A DNA stretch of 32,159 nucleotides from a virus (IMGVR_UViG_3300032225_000350:1-32159); one strand, 5' to 3'; positions 1-7,963 are shown, counted from the stretch's first letter. The notes: generated from the sequence alone by a model not told the origin. Made by a program: numbers and translations.

Positions 1-123
1 AGGTGTTTGTTTGTACTGTTTCCGAACCACAGCAAATTTGTCTCTTCGCACCCGATCAAAACGAAATGATTCGACTGCCCCGTATCTGTTAAGAAAATAA
101 ATATCGTTTGTATCATATTTTGA
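1..123. repeat. Terminal direct repeat, copy 1 (circular overlap)
   Basis: Identical to 32037-32159, and an ORF reads in frame across the junction. Confidence 0.97.
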
Positions 124-843
124 GCATTCGTCTTTTATGTAAATTGTAAAGGTTTCACTTTGCGCACCGCTCCCCGTTGCTTTTACTTCTAAATATGTAG
201 CTCCGCTACTTGGAATAATTGGTATTCTTATAACTGAATCCAAAATTCCAGTTAATGTTATGGTCTGAGTAGTTGCAGCAGGATAGGTTTTTATTTGAAC
301 TGCCAGTGCATCCCCCTTCCAAAAATACAGCCAATCTTTTTGAGTGCGGTGTATTGTTTTATTTCGCATCGTTGTCAAAAACTCTGCATTTTTAGATGTG
401 TTTATTTTGTAGTCATTTTCTACAAATGTAGCAAAGTCAATAGGATGTAAAGCCATATTGTAAGCAGTTAGACCGGTAACATTTGTCAATCCGGTAGATG
501 TAATCATCGGTGACGTACTACCGGTTGAATACTCATACCCAAATTTTACATTATAGTAAAAATTACTATTAGGGCATCCACTAACTGAAACATCATTGAT
601 ATTCCAATCGTAGGTTACAAAATTTTCAATCAGTCTTGAAATGTTAAATACACCTTTGTTTGTGCTATATGGATAAATAGGGGCTTTCAAACGTGCTAAA
701 AGTGTGCTATTATTGTACACATCGCAAATGTATTTGAAGTTTGGGCTGCCATAAATTGCACCTGAACTTTCACTAATCACAAAATTCAAGTCATTATATG
801 CTGGACTATTGTTATCAGGTTTTTGATTTACTGTTATACTCAC
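1..843 (-). CDS. 5' part of a 379-aa putative tail protein spanning the circular junction (843->1, then 32036->31740)
   Basis: GTG start at 843 (MSITVNQKPDNNSPAYNDLNFVI...) lies just below a late promoter motif and is in frame with ORF 31740..32087. It precedes the large tail protein and the tape measure. Confidence 0.8.
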   Translation of the reverse strand, partial: MSITVNQKPDNNSPAYNDLNFVISESSGAIYGSPNFKYICDVYNNSTLLARLKAPIYPYSTNKGVFNISRLIENFVTYDWNINDVSVSGCPNSNFYYNVKFGYEYSTGSTSPMITSTGLTNVTGLTAYNMALHPIDFATFVENDYKINTSKNAEFLTTMRNKTIHRTQKDWLYFWKGDALAVQIKTYPAATTQTITLTGILDSVIRIPIIPSSGATYLEVKATGSGAQSETFTIYIKDECSKYDTNDIYFLNRYGAVESFRFDRVRRDKFAVVRKQYKQTP

Positions 844-848
844 ATATA

Positions 849-876
849 TAAATTAGCAAAATGTGATTTTTGTTGC
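849..876 (-). promoter_or_regulatory. Putative late promoter GCAACAAA-N12-CTAATTTA
   Basis: One of four copies with identical spacing, each directly upstream of a structural gene. Confidence 0.8.
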
Positions 877-1059
877 TTTGATAAAATACATATTAGTTTA
901 CTAACTTATAATTGCTCAATATAAGTTGTATGACTTATGTGGTAAAATTCATGCAATAATGCAATAATGTGCTTTTAATGTAGTATAAACCAATCATTTT
1001 GTTTCACAGAGGGACATTAGTGCCCCTCTGTTATTCATTACACATTAGCACCCTCAAAT

Positions 1060-1095
1060 AAAAAACCCCCATACTCTGTTAATTGCATGAGGGTT
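1060..1095 (-). terminator. Rho-independent terminator
   Basis: 11-bp stem AACCCUCAUGC/GUAUGGGGGUU followed by a U tract. Its G-U pairs work only on the minus strand. Confidence 0.8.
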
Positions 1096-1117
1096 GAAAA
1101 AAAACATATGAAAAAAC
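1060..1117 (-). ncRNA. Putative ~58-nt small RNA carrying an anti-start-codon sequence (GUUUUUUCAUAUGUUUUUUUU)
   Basis: Bounded by a TATATTTG promoter (1122-1129) and a terminator, with no ORF between them. Confidence 0.55.
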
Positions 1118-1121
1118 AATA

Positions 1122-1150
1122 CAAATATACTAAATTTTTGTTAAATACAA
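1122..1150 (-). promoter_or_regulatory. Bacteroidetes housekeeping-sigma promoter (TTG-N18-TATATTTG)
   Basis: Matches the -33/-7 TAnnTTTG consensus. Confidence 0.65.
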
Positions 1151-1863
1151 CATAACCGCACCTTCAAATGTAGTAACTCGTTTTATTTCTTTATTAAAAT
1201 TATTCCATTGACTTGTATAAAAACTAACTGTGTTTAGAAATTCAATCAAATCCATAGTCAAAATTGAATCCCATTGTTCACGTCTGCCTTTGCAAATCTT
1301 ATCTACGATTTCAAACCAGCTTTGAATCGGATTGCTTCGTGTTCCATTTCCTTCACCTTCGCTATCAAAAAGTCCTGAGTACTTTCCAACAACTTGGGAT
1401 AAACTTGCGAAAAAAAAAGAGAGTAAGTATTTGCAATATCATAAGGCATCTGCAAAAATAGTTCACTCACATCTTCAAAATGCTTTGCAATGTTTTTTAT
1501 TTTTTTAGGTTTACCAAATATGTTCACCTCAGTAGTTAGCATTGCCATTATTTTATGTAGATTGTTTACTATTTCATCACCACTATATTGCTGCAAACTT
1601 ATGAAGTGTTGACCTTGCATTTCAGTTGCATTTGGAATCATTTTAAAACGTCTACCTTTTAACTTGAAAGTAAAACGCAAGTTTTCACGTGGTGTGATTT
1701 CTGCGACTATCTCATTGAATCGTGCAAACAAATCTTTGACAGTCATTTCTTCTACATCGTCAATGATCTTCTTATCAATTATGCAGATAGTGTGAATGGC
1801 TTTTTCTAAGGGATTGTAGTCTTCAATCTCTTTAAGTTCTTGTAGTTGTTGTATTGTTATCAT
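1130..1863 (-). CDS. Tail assembly chaperone, long (G-T-like) form made by -1 frameshift, ~244 aa
   Basis: A T9 slippery run (plus-strand A9 at 1410-1418) opens onto a -1 frame of 93 sense codons ending at TAG 1130 (...FASLSQVVGKYSGLF...SWFEIVDKICKGRREQWDSILTMDLIEFLNTVSFY...). Confidence 0.7.
1303..1863 (-). CDS. Tail assembly chaperone, short form, 186 aa (likely start MITIQQLQ)
   Basis: ORF 1303..1902 with a better ATG at 1863 and a slippery site near the 3' end. Confidence 0.7.
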   Translation of the reverse strand: MITIQQLQELKEIEDYNPLEKAIHTICIIDKKIIDDVEEMTVKDLFARFNEIVAEITPRENLRFTFKLKGRRFKMIPNATEMQGQHFISLQQYSGDEIVNNLHKIMAMLTTEVNIFGKPKKIKNIAKHFEDVSELFLQMPYDIANTYSLFFSQVYPKLLESTQDFLIAKVKEMEHEAIRFKAGLKS

Positions 1864-1865
1864 TA

Positions 1866-2026
1866 TTAAAATTTTTCTATATAAAAACCAAACCATAGCC
1901 ATTCGATTGCTATAAGATTAATTTTTAATTTTTTATAACGCATAGTTATACGTGGTAATAGTTCAATTTGTGTAGGAAAGTTGTATAAAATTCACAATAA
2001 TATTTATGTATTTTAAATGATTTCAT
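1866..2026 (-). pseudogene. Frameshifted small gene (MKSFKIHKYYCEF / YNFPTQIELLPRITMRYKKLKINLIAIEWLWFGFYIEKF)
   Basis: Two partial frames fill the gap between terL and the chaperone. Removing 2 nt near 1985 joins them. Confidence 0.4.
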
Positions 2027-2027
2027 A

Positions 2028-3215
2028 TTAACTAAATGCAAATATACCTTTTCTATTATGTTTTTTACAATCATTTGCCAATGCAATGCTATTTACTGCG
2101 TCATCGTGCATTCCACTTGGTGCTGAATACTTAACTCCAGTTCTTGTGTACTCATATTCAAAGTTTTCTAATTCAAAACCGTAAGGTTCTTCAGGGAAAA
2201 ATATACTATGTTGTTGTATTTCCATTACCAATCCTTCCATAAGTTGTTGTTTGCTTTGTGAAGTGTATTTAAATCCTTTAATATTTGGCAATATGCGTTG
2301 CAAATCTTCTACAATAGGATCACCTACTCCGGTAGCATCTATATGTGCAGGGGTACGCCCTACGACATTTATGATCTTTTGTTTAGTTTGCATCCAATCT
2401 CCTTGAAATCTTTCCGTATAACACACTTTATTCATATTATCTAACCCAGTTATTACTGTCCAGTCCGTGTATTTTGCCAAATCTATTCCAAATGCAATTG
2501 GTATGTCTTTTGACAATGGTGAATAGCATTTGCGTATATTGTCTAATCCAAATGGATTACTATTATCATCACCAGGTTCTGCAAGGTATAACTCTTTAAA
2601 TACAAATTCGGGCAAATCTTTTTTTGCTTGTTCTATTTCTTCAACATCTAAAATGCCTTCTTTTGCAGCATCATATGCAGTTATCTTAAAAAACTTGTAG
2701 TCTGCTTCACCTAATCTTGCACGTTCACCTAACTTATAAAACCAATTCTTTTTGCCTTTTACGTTACCAATCATTTTACATTTACCTTTTGTAGCAGTTA
2801 ATGTACTACGTAGTGCATACCAACTTTCTTCACGCATACGACTTGCCTCGTCTACTACTGCTGCGTAAACGTCATCACCATACAAGTTATCGGGTTTTTC
2901 ACCTGACTTAAATTCTATTCTTGCACCATTTGGTAGTATCAATGTCAACTTACTTTCGTTTGAAATAAAAAAGTCTTTTTCACTTACTTGTGATTTCATC
3001 CTACGAAATGCGATTTCAGCTTGTTGGTAAACTGGTGCAATCCACCATACTGATTGATTATCTTTCAACTGCAATGCTTGTTCAAAAATCCATATAATAT
3101 GGCTTGCCGTTTTGCCACATTTGGTTGCTGCTGCTGTTATTGTGTAACGTTCCGGAGCATCCAAAATAGCTTGTTGGTAAGTCGTTAAAAATGGTCTTTG
3201 ATAGTTTATTTGCAT
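2028..3215 (-). CDS. terL: Terminase large subunit
   Basis: Walker A AATKCGKT, Walker B AVVDEA, and nuclease motifs FGIDLA and HDDAV. Confidence 0.95.
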   Translation of the reverse strand: MQINYQRPFLTTYQQAILDAPERYTITAAATKCGKTASHIIWIFEQALQLKDNQSVWWIAPVYQQAEIAFRRMKSQVSEKDFFISNESKLTLILPNGARIEFKSGEKPDNLYGDDVYAAVVDEASRMREESWYALRSTLTATKGKCKMIGNVKGKKNWFYKLGERARLGEADYKFFKITAYDAAKEGILDVEEIEQAKKDLPEFVFKELYLAEPGDDNSNPFGLDNIRKCYSPLSKDIPIAFGIDLAKYTDWTVITGLDNMNKVCYTERFQGDWMQTKQKIINVVGRTPAHIDATGVGDPIVEDLQRILPNIKGFKYTSQSKQQLMEGLVMEIQQHSIFFPEEPYGFELENFEYEYTRTGVKYSAPSGMHDDAVNSIALANDCKKHNRKGIFAFS

Positions 3216-4228
3216 AATTCTACAAGCATATTATATCTTTGCTCATTGATAGTTTTTAAATTATGGTATTTGTCACAATAATCATAGTTCCATTGTCCAC
3301 GACCTTCTATTGGGTTTATAATACTTTTTAAACATTGATACCAACTTTCAAAAGTATTATTGCATAACATAACACCAGGATTATACAAATGAAAACTATA
3401 AGGTTTTACATAACTGCAAATAATTGGTAATTTGTATGCTGCTGCTTCTACTATTTTCAATTCGCTTTTATACTGATTAAAATTATCTTCACGCAATGGT
3501 GCAATACAGAAATCAAATAACGCATAAGATTGACCATATAAGTCTGCACGTGTACCTAACACAGTTTTAAACCATTCAGGTCGTTTGTCTAACCCTACTC
3601 CCGTAATTGCTTTTTCGCATAGATGCCACTCGGTAGCATCACTATGATACCCACACATATAAAATTCAGCATCGTAATTTTCACAGAATCTTTTTACAGC
3701 ATCTCCTACACATTTCAAATCTTCTAAATGTGAAATACCACCAACCCATCCAACACGTAACTTATCTCCCTTTTGTTTTGCCAAATTCCATTGCTCAGAA
3801 GTCAAGTCTAAAGCGTTTGGAAACGTAATTGTATTTTCGTTAAACTCTTTTACCTTACTTGCAAGGTGATCAGTTGAACACGTTACAATATCCGCTAAAC
3901 TCATTGCATCTTTTACGCAGTTTTTAATCACTTTTTTATAAAACTTAAATGCTGGATTTGAACGTGGTATAACCCAATAATCGTCTATATCGCATATAAG
4001 TTTACATTTTGCCTTTAATATTGCCTCAAATACGTTGTATTGATAAATTCCACACCACCTATTGAATACTACTGCATCATATTGCATGTAATCAATATTT
4101 ATCCAATCGGTAGGGGTTTGCGAAACGTCAACAACTATGTCGTAATCTTGCTGCATTTTAGCATATGGGGTAAATAGTCTGTGAAAACTTACCCCACTAT
4201 TGTTATCCATTAATACTAATATCTTCAT
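3206..4228 (-). CDS. Glycosyltransferase (GT-B fold, group 1-like), likely start MKILVLMD
   Basis: Motifs DIDDYW, VGWVGG and FNQYKSELKIVEAAAYKLPIICS; ATGA coupling to the upstream gene at 4225-4228. Confidence 0.85.
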   Translation of the reverse strand: MKILVLMDNNSGVSFHRLFTPYAKMQQDYDIVVDVSQTPTDWINIDYMQYDAVVFNRWCGIYQYNVFEAILKAKCKLICDIDDYWVIPRSNPAFKFYKKVIKNCVKDAMSLADIVTCSTDHLASKVKEFNENTITFPNALDLTSEQWNLAKQKGDKLRVGWVGGISHLEDLKCVGDAVKRFCENYDAEFYMCGYHSDATEWHLCEKAITGVGLDKRPEWFKTVLGTRADLYGQSYALFDFCIAPLREDNFNQYKSELKIVEAAAYKLPIICSYVKPYSFHLYNPGVMLCNNTFESWYQCLKSIINPIEGRGQWNYDYCDKYHNLKTINEQRYNMLVELCK

Positions 4229-4416
4229 TCGCCCGGTAATAAAGGAATATACATCCAATATAATGGTTCTGCTTTAATTATTTCCGAATGTGATTCTACC
4301 CAGTCGCCATCAGTATCGTAATAACAAATCGCTTGTTCACCATTTTTATAAGTAACCAAGACATTTCTTTCGTCACTTGGCTTTTGGTCGCTTGTTAGTC
4401 TCCAACTTGCTTTCAT
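4225..4416 (-). CDS. Small hypothetical protein (DUF551-like)
   Basis: Pattern W...P...VLV...YWMYIPLLP; translationally coupled to its neighbours. Confidence 0.6.
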   Translation of the reverse strand: MKASWRLTSDQKPSDERNVLVTYKNGEQAICYYDTDGDWVESHSEIIKAEPLYWMYIPLLPGE

Positions 4417-4634
4417 AATTTTAACCCTTCCTCTTGTAGAATTTCGTGTAACATATCTCTAGTTTCTTCAAATGCCTTGTATGTATCATCACTCATATTT
4501 TCCGGTGGATGTTTTATTTGACCACGTAACCATTGATCAAGTTGCCACATTGCCCCCATCCATTTTGAACCATTGACTGCCAAATCAAAATCTAACTGGT
4601 CATCAGGTAAATTGAATTTTAATATTGCTTCCAT
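4413..4634 (-). CDS. Phage hypothetical protein
   Basis: 73-aa ORF coupled by an ATGA overlap. Confidence 0.75.
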   Translation of the reverse strand: MEAILKFNLPDDQLDFDLAVNGSKWMGAMWQLDQWLRGQIKHPPENMSDDTYKAFEETRDMLHEILQEEGLKL

Positions 4635-4661
4635 AGTTTTGTTGTCAGGTTTAAACTGACA

Positions 4662-4886
4662 TTAGAACGGTAAATCATTCTTTGGTTTAGGTACTGCTAC
4701 AAAATGAGTAGCTTTTGATTTTTCGTTTACTTGTTTAAGTTTGCCCACGTTGATTTTTACATCACCGTATTTGTTTACTTCAAGTTTGCCCGTTGCAATG
4801 GCTTGTTTTAATTTCTCGATGTTGATTGATACGTTTAGCCCGTATTGGTTTTCCCATCCGTTCCCTAGATAAATTGTTTCGCTCAT
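4662..4886 (-). CDS. Small protein with an SSB-like C-terminal DLPF tail
   Basis: Ends in NDLPF; 74 aa, beta-rich. Confidence 0.6.
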   Translation of the reverse strand: MSETIYLGNGWENQYGLNVSINIEKLKQAIATGKLEVNKYGDVKINVGKLKQVNEKSKATHFVAVPKPKNDLPF

Positions 4887-5026
4887 ATATTTATATTGAT
4901 ATAATAATATTCTATAATAGTTTTTAATGCTTCGGTTATTAATTTCGGATTTGGCATTTCAATATCTTCACCCATTCGCCAGTCGTTGTAATACGTCAAA
5001 ATTATGATTGCTTCTTTTTCTGTCAT
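4883..5026 (-). CDS. 47-aa hypothetical protein (MTEKEAIIILTYYNDWRMGEDIEMPNPK...), not in the ORF track
   Basis: ATGA overlaps with both neighbours. Confidence 0.7.
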   Translation of the reverse strand: MTEKEAIIILTYYNDWRMGEDIEMPNPKLITEALKTIIEYYYININI

Positions 5027-5385
5027 TGCTTCAAGTTTAAAGTAATTGTAATTGGTTCGTCTGTTTTGATGTTGTTGTCAACTGTCTCTTTTGGTTTGCC
5101 GTGTACACGTGTTACCAATGTTTCAAGATTGTACAATGAATTTTTATCGTGAGACTTTACAAGTGAACCTGCAATGATTTGTTCAATGATTGTGTACTGT
5201 CCAGTTTTGTCCTTGTCAATAACTTCAAGTTCTTGTCTATTCATTGCACACATATTCATATACGTTTGGTTAATATCATCTTTTGAATACCCCAATTCTT
5301 TTAATTGAGTAACTATCTTTTTAGGTCTACCATTAGGATTTCTAACTTCGCCTTTTTGTATTGGTTTTAAATTTTCGTTATTCAT
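5023..5385 (-). CDS. terS: Probable terminase small subunit
   Basis: N-terminal NLKPIQKGEVRNPNGRPKK (DUF5681-like), C-terminal RVHGKPKE, and position upstream of terL. Confidence 0.7.
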   Translation of the reverse strand: MNNENLKPIQKGEVRNPNGRPKKIVTQLKELGYSKDDINQTYMNMCAMNRQELEVIDKDKTGQYTIIEQIIAGSLVKSHDKNSLYNLETLVTRVHGKPKETVDNNIKTDEPITITLNLKQ

Positions 5386-5402
5386 ATTGTTTCTTTTTTA
5401 TC

Positions 5403-5804
5403 TCATTTTTTATTGAACTTCATAAAATTTAAGTGTACTTCTTTTAGCATCTCTTTGTATTGTTTTTTATCACCGAATTTAACGTGTTCTTCACTGTAAT
5501 TTTCTGAATTGAGTTTTGCCTTGATTTCAAAAGTTAAATTGTAGGCTTCTTGTATTTTAGCTAAAGTGAGCAGGTTCGCCAGTTTGTCTCCTCTATACAA
5601 TTGTGTTATATAACTTGCTGATGTGTTAATTGCTTTAGCTAAATCTTTTTTCTTGAGAGGTTTTTCTGAATTGAGTTTTTCCAATTCACTTAAAAAACGA
5701 AACATAATCATTTTTGCTTCGTGCTCTAACTCGTCTTCTTTACTTTTTGAAGTAAAAAGACTCTCAAATTCAGGAGCAATGTTATATTTATCTTTAAATT
5801 TCAT
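5403..5804 (-). CDS. XRE/HTH protein (HigA-like antitoxin) fused to the C-terminal tail of the phage HNH protein
   Basis: HTH KKKDLAKAINTSASYITQLYRGDKLANLLTLAKI. The C-terminus HVKFGDKKQYKEMLKEVHLNFM resembles the end of small phage HNH proteins. Confidence 0.75.
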   Translation of the reverse strand: MKFKDKYNIAPEFESLFTSKSKEDELEHEAKMIMFRFLSELEKLNSEKPLKKKDLAKAINTSASYITQLYRGDKLANLLTLAKIQEAYNLTFEIKAKLNSENYSEEHVKFGDKKQYKEMLKEVHLNFMKFNKK

Positions 5805-5985
5805 ATTGGTATTTTGCTACTTTTTCAATTATATTAATTTGTTGTTGGTTGAGCTTTGATCCACCACTTTTCTTATTCTCGATATGGTGAATGTCGTTTG
5901 CAGTTTTGCCACAAATTTCACAACAAATAAAATCGGATAAATCATATCCAAAATAATCCATATAGATTTTTGTGTAATTACGCAT
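5794..5985 (-). pseudogene. N-terminal half of an HNH endonuclease, truncated by foreign DNA
   Basis: CEICG...DIHHIE...GGSK is present, but the following N/CxxC segment is replaced by LNQQQINIIEKVAKYQYEI. Confidence 0.7.
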
Positions 5986-6296
5986 TACTTCTTTTTTCTT
6001 ATCGGTTTAATCTTTTGTTCGTCATCGGCTAATTGTGCCAATTCCAATGCCTTTTGATTTACCTCGTCAATGGTTGGAATTTGCTGCTCTTTTAATGCCT
6101 TTGCACGAATAATTATAGATGTAAAGTGTTCTATAAAACAACTACTGCAACCGGGCATTGGGCTGCCCATTACTTCGTGGTAAATGGTTTTTACCTTTAA
6201 TGTTTCTTCGGGTGTTAGTCTAAACACTTGCGTTTTTCTAAATGTGTGTAAATGATGCTCTACGCTTAAGATGTAATTTATTTGTTCGTTTGTCAT
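5985..6296 (-). CDS. Hypothetical protein with CxxC motif
   Basis: PGCSSC motif; 103 aa. Confidence 0.75.
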   Translation of the reverse strand: MTNEQINYILSVEHHLHTFRKTQVFRLTPEETLKVKTIYHEVMGSPMPGCSSCFIEHFTSIIIRAKALKEQQIPTIDEVNQKALELAQLADDEQKIKPIRKKK

Positions 6297-6607
6297 AATA
6301 CTTCGTGTTGTTCTATAAAAAATTCATCAATATCTTCTCCATTTTGAAATTGTGGAAATGGATTAATTTTTTGCCATTCTTGATATTTGTCAGATAAAAT
6401 ATCATCTTCTTCTGGTGATAAATTACAATAATCCTTAAAATTAAGAGGATTAGTTTTGTTATGTTCAATTAATGTTTGCGACAATTCTGCTAATTTATTA
6501 TTTGCATTTTGTTCGTCTTGAAATACGTATGCAATAAAATGGGTTTTTTCAGGTTCATAATAAAATGTGCCTTCATACATTTTTCCTATAATTATATTTA
6601 CTGTCAT
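6293..6607 (-). CDS. Hypothetical protein (accessory)
   Basis: 104-aa ORF with ATGA overlaps. Confidence 0.7.
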   Translation of the reverse strand: MTVNIIIGKMYEGTFYYEPEKTHFIAYVFQDEQNANNKLAELSQTLIEHNKTNPLNFKDYCNLSPEEDDILSDKYQEWQKINPFPQFQNGEDIDEFFIEQHEVL

Positions 6608-6753
6608 ATTAAATATTTTGATTTTCTTGGTTCTATTTTAATAATTAATGAATTATCAATTTCTATTTTACCATTTACCATTTCAATTTGTGGTGAACAC
6701 AAATAACCAACTGACCTTTTTTTATGTTTAAATTGTATTTTTACTTTTTTCAT
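6604..6753 (-). CDS. Small basic hypothetical protein (likely start MKKVKIQF)
   Basis: ATGA overlaps at both ends. Confidence 0.55.
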   Translation of the reverse strand: MKKVKIQFKHKKRSVGYLCSPQIEMVNGKIEIDNSLIIKIEPRKSKYLI

Positions 6754-6974
6754 AATTTCCATATTAAAGATGCAACTACATAGCAAATTGCTGCTGGTAT
6801 AATTGCTAAAATTCCAAATTCAATGTTAAAATATCCAATTGCCAACCACCAAGACATACAACTTTCACAAGTGAATGGTTTTACTTTTATCTTTTGTGGT
6901 AGCATTGGTGTCACTACACTTGAAAATATAAATCCAAGTGATGATATGCCTAAAATTTCAATTATTATATTCAT
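6750..6974 (-). CDS. Small membrane protein with CxxC (KPFTCESCMSWW)
   Basis: Two to three hydrophobic segments; likely start MNIIIE. Confidence 0.7.
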   Translation of the reverse strand: MNIIIEILGISSLGFIFSSVVTPMLPQKIKVKPFTCESCMSWWLAIGYFNIEFGILAIIPAAICYVVASLIWKL

Positions 6975-7476
6975 TGTACCATTCATTATAAAATTCTTCA
7001 GCTTTTAAAAGAATTTCGTTTTTAGTTTTATCATTGTCGCTACCATTCCAATAAGCATCTTTGATTTGTTCTTTTTCTATTTCTTTTGCTTTGCTGAATG
7101 CCGTTAAAATCATTTTAGCCCATTCTTCTTTGCTTACTCCCGATTTCGTTGTTAATTCATTATACAACCAATCTACTGCCGTTTGTTTTGTTTCGTTGCT
7201 CATGGTATGCATCGTTCCATTTTGTGTTAAATTATTCATTTGTTCTTTAAATTTTTCCAAGTTTTTAACGTAATCCCAATATCCAATAGCATTTAAATAT
7301 TCTAAATATTCTTCAGGTGTGTTTACATTGTCTGGCAATAATGTTTTGTTTGATAAATTCATTGTTCCTTTAATATCGGGATCTTGAATACCATTAGTAC
7401 TTGAATTGCTTGTTTTTTTAAATCCTTCAAAATCTTGATTATACCATTCAACTGAAGTTTGTTTTTTATCGTTCAT
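6958..7476 (-). CDS. Mosaic hypothetical protein with two KQT(S/A)V(E/D)W modules
   Basis: MNDKKQTSVEW at the N-terminus and an internal MSNETKQTAVDWL...AKEIEKEQIKDAY. Confidence 0.7.
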   Translation of the reverse strand: MNDKKQTSVEWYNQDFEGFKKTSNSSTNGIQDPDIKGTMNLSNKTLLPDNVNTPEEYLEYLNAIGYWDYVKNLEKFKEQMNNLTQNGTMHTMSNETKQTAVDWLYNELTTKSGVSKEEWAKMILTAFSKAKEIEKEQIKDAYWNGSDNDKTKNEILLKAEEFYNEWYNEYNN

Positions 7477-7963
7477 ATTTATTGTTTATTTGTTCTTTGA
7501 TTTCTTTGATTACCCGTAACACTTCACGTAATGAGATTTTTGTTTGCCTATGGATGCTTCGTGCTGAATTTCCATTTGACCATTGGGTGAAGATTTCTCT
7601 TTCATACCATTGGTTTTTGCTTACCACGTTTTCAATTGTGTTTAACTGATTCTCTTTTGTTATTTTGTCTTCTAATGAATCTACTTCTACTAAATCTAAA
7701 CTATGTACATCATACTGCCCAATGGTCGCAAACAGTCTGTTAAATGCTTGTCTTGGGCTTTTTGTTTGGTTGAACATAACTTTGACGCAAAAGTATTTTA
7801 AATATCCGTTTTTGTTTAAATCTATAAGTTTATAATCTGGCATCTCGCATAAAATTAATAGAATATGTTGCTGCAAATCTTCGTGGTGTAAGGGGCAAAT
7901 ATTTTTGGCTGCTTTTTTTAACCAGTCACTTGTGGCAACTTCTATTAAAATTTTATCTTTGAT
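7466..7963 (-). CDS. ECF/sigma-70-like transcription factor, ~165 aa with probable ATC start
   Basis: Region-4-like HTH (SARSIHRQTKISLREVLRVIKEIK) and region-2-like HEDLQQHILL. The frame is open 29 codons upstream of the tracked TTG. Confidence 0.65.
   Translation of the reverse strand: MKDKILIEVATSDWLKKAAKNICPLHHEDLQQHILLILCEMPDYKLIDLNKNGYLKYFCVKVMFNQTKSPRQAFNRLFATIGQYDVHSLDLVEVDSLEDKITKENQLNTIENVVSKNQWYEREIFTQWSNGNSARSIHRQTKISLREVLRVIKEIKEQINNKYER

Noticed and set aside
1-123. 123-bp terminal repeat as a biological direct terminal repeat
   Set aside because: It falls in the middle of a gene and is about the size of an assembler k-mer overlap. It shows circularity, not physical ends.
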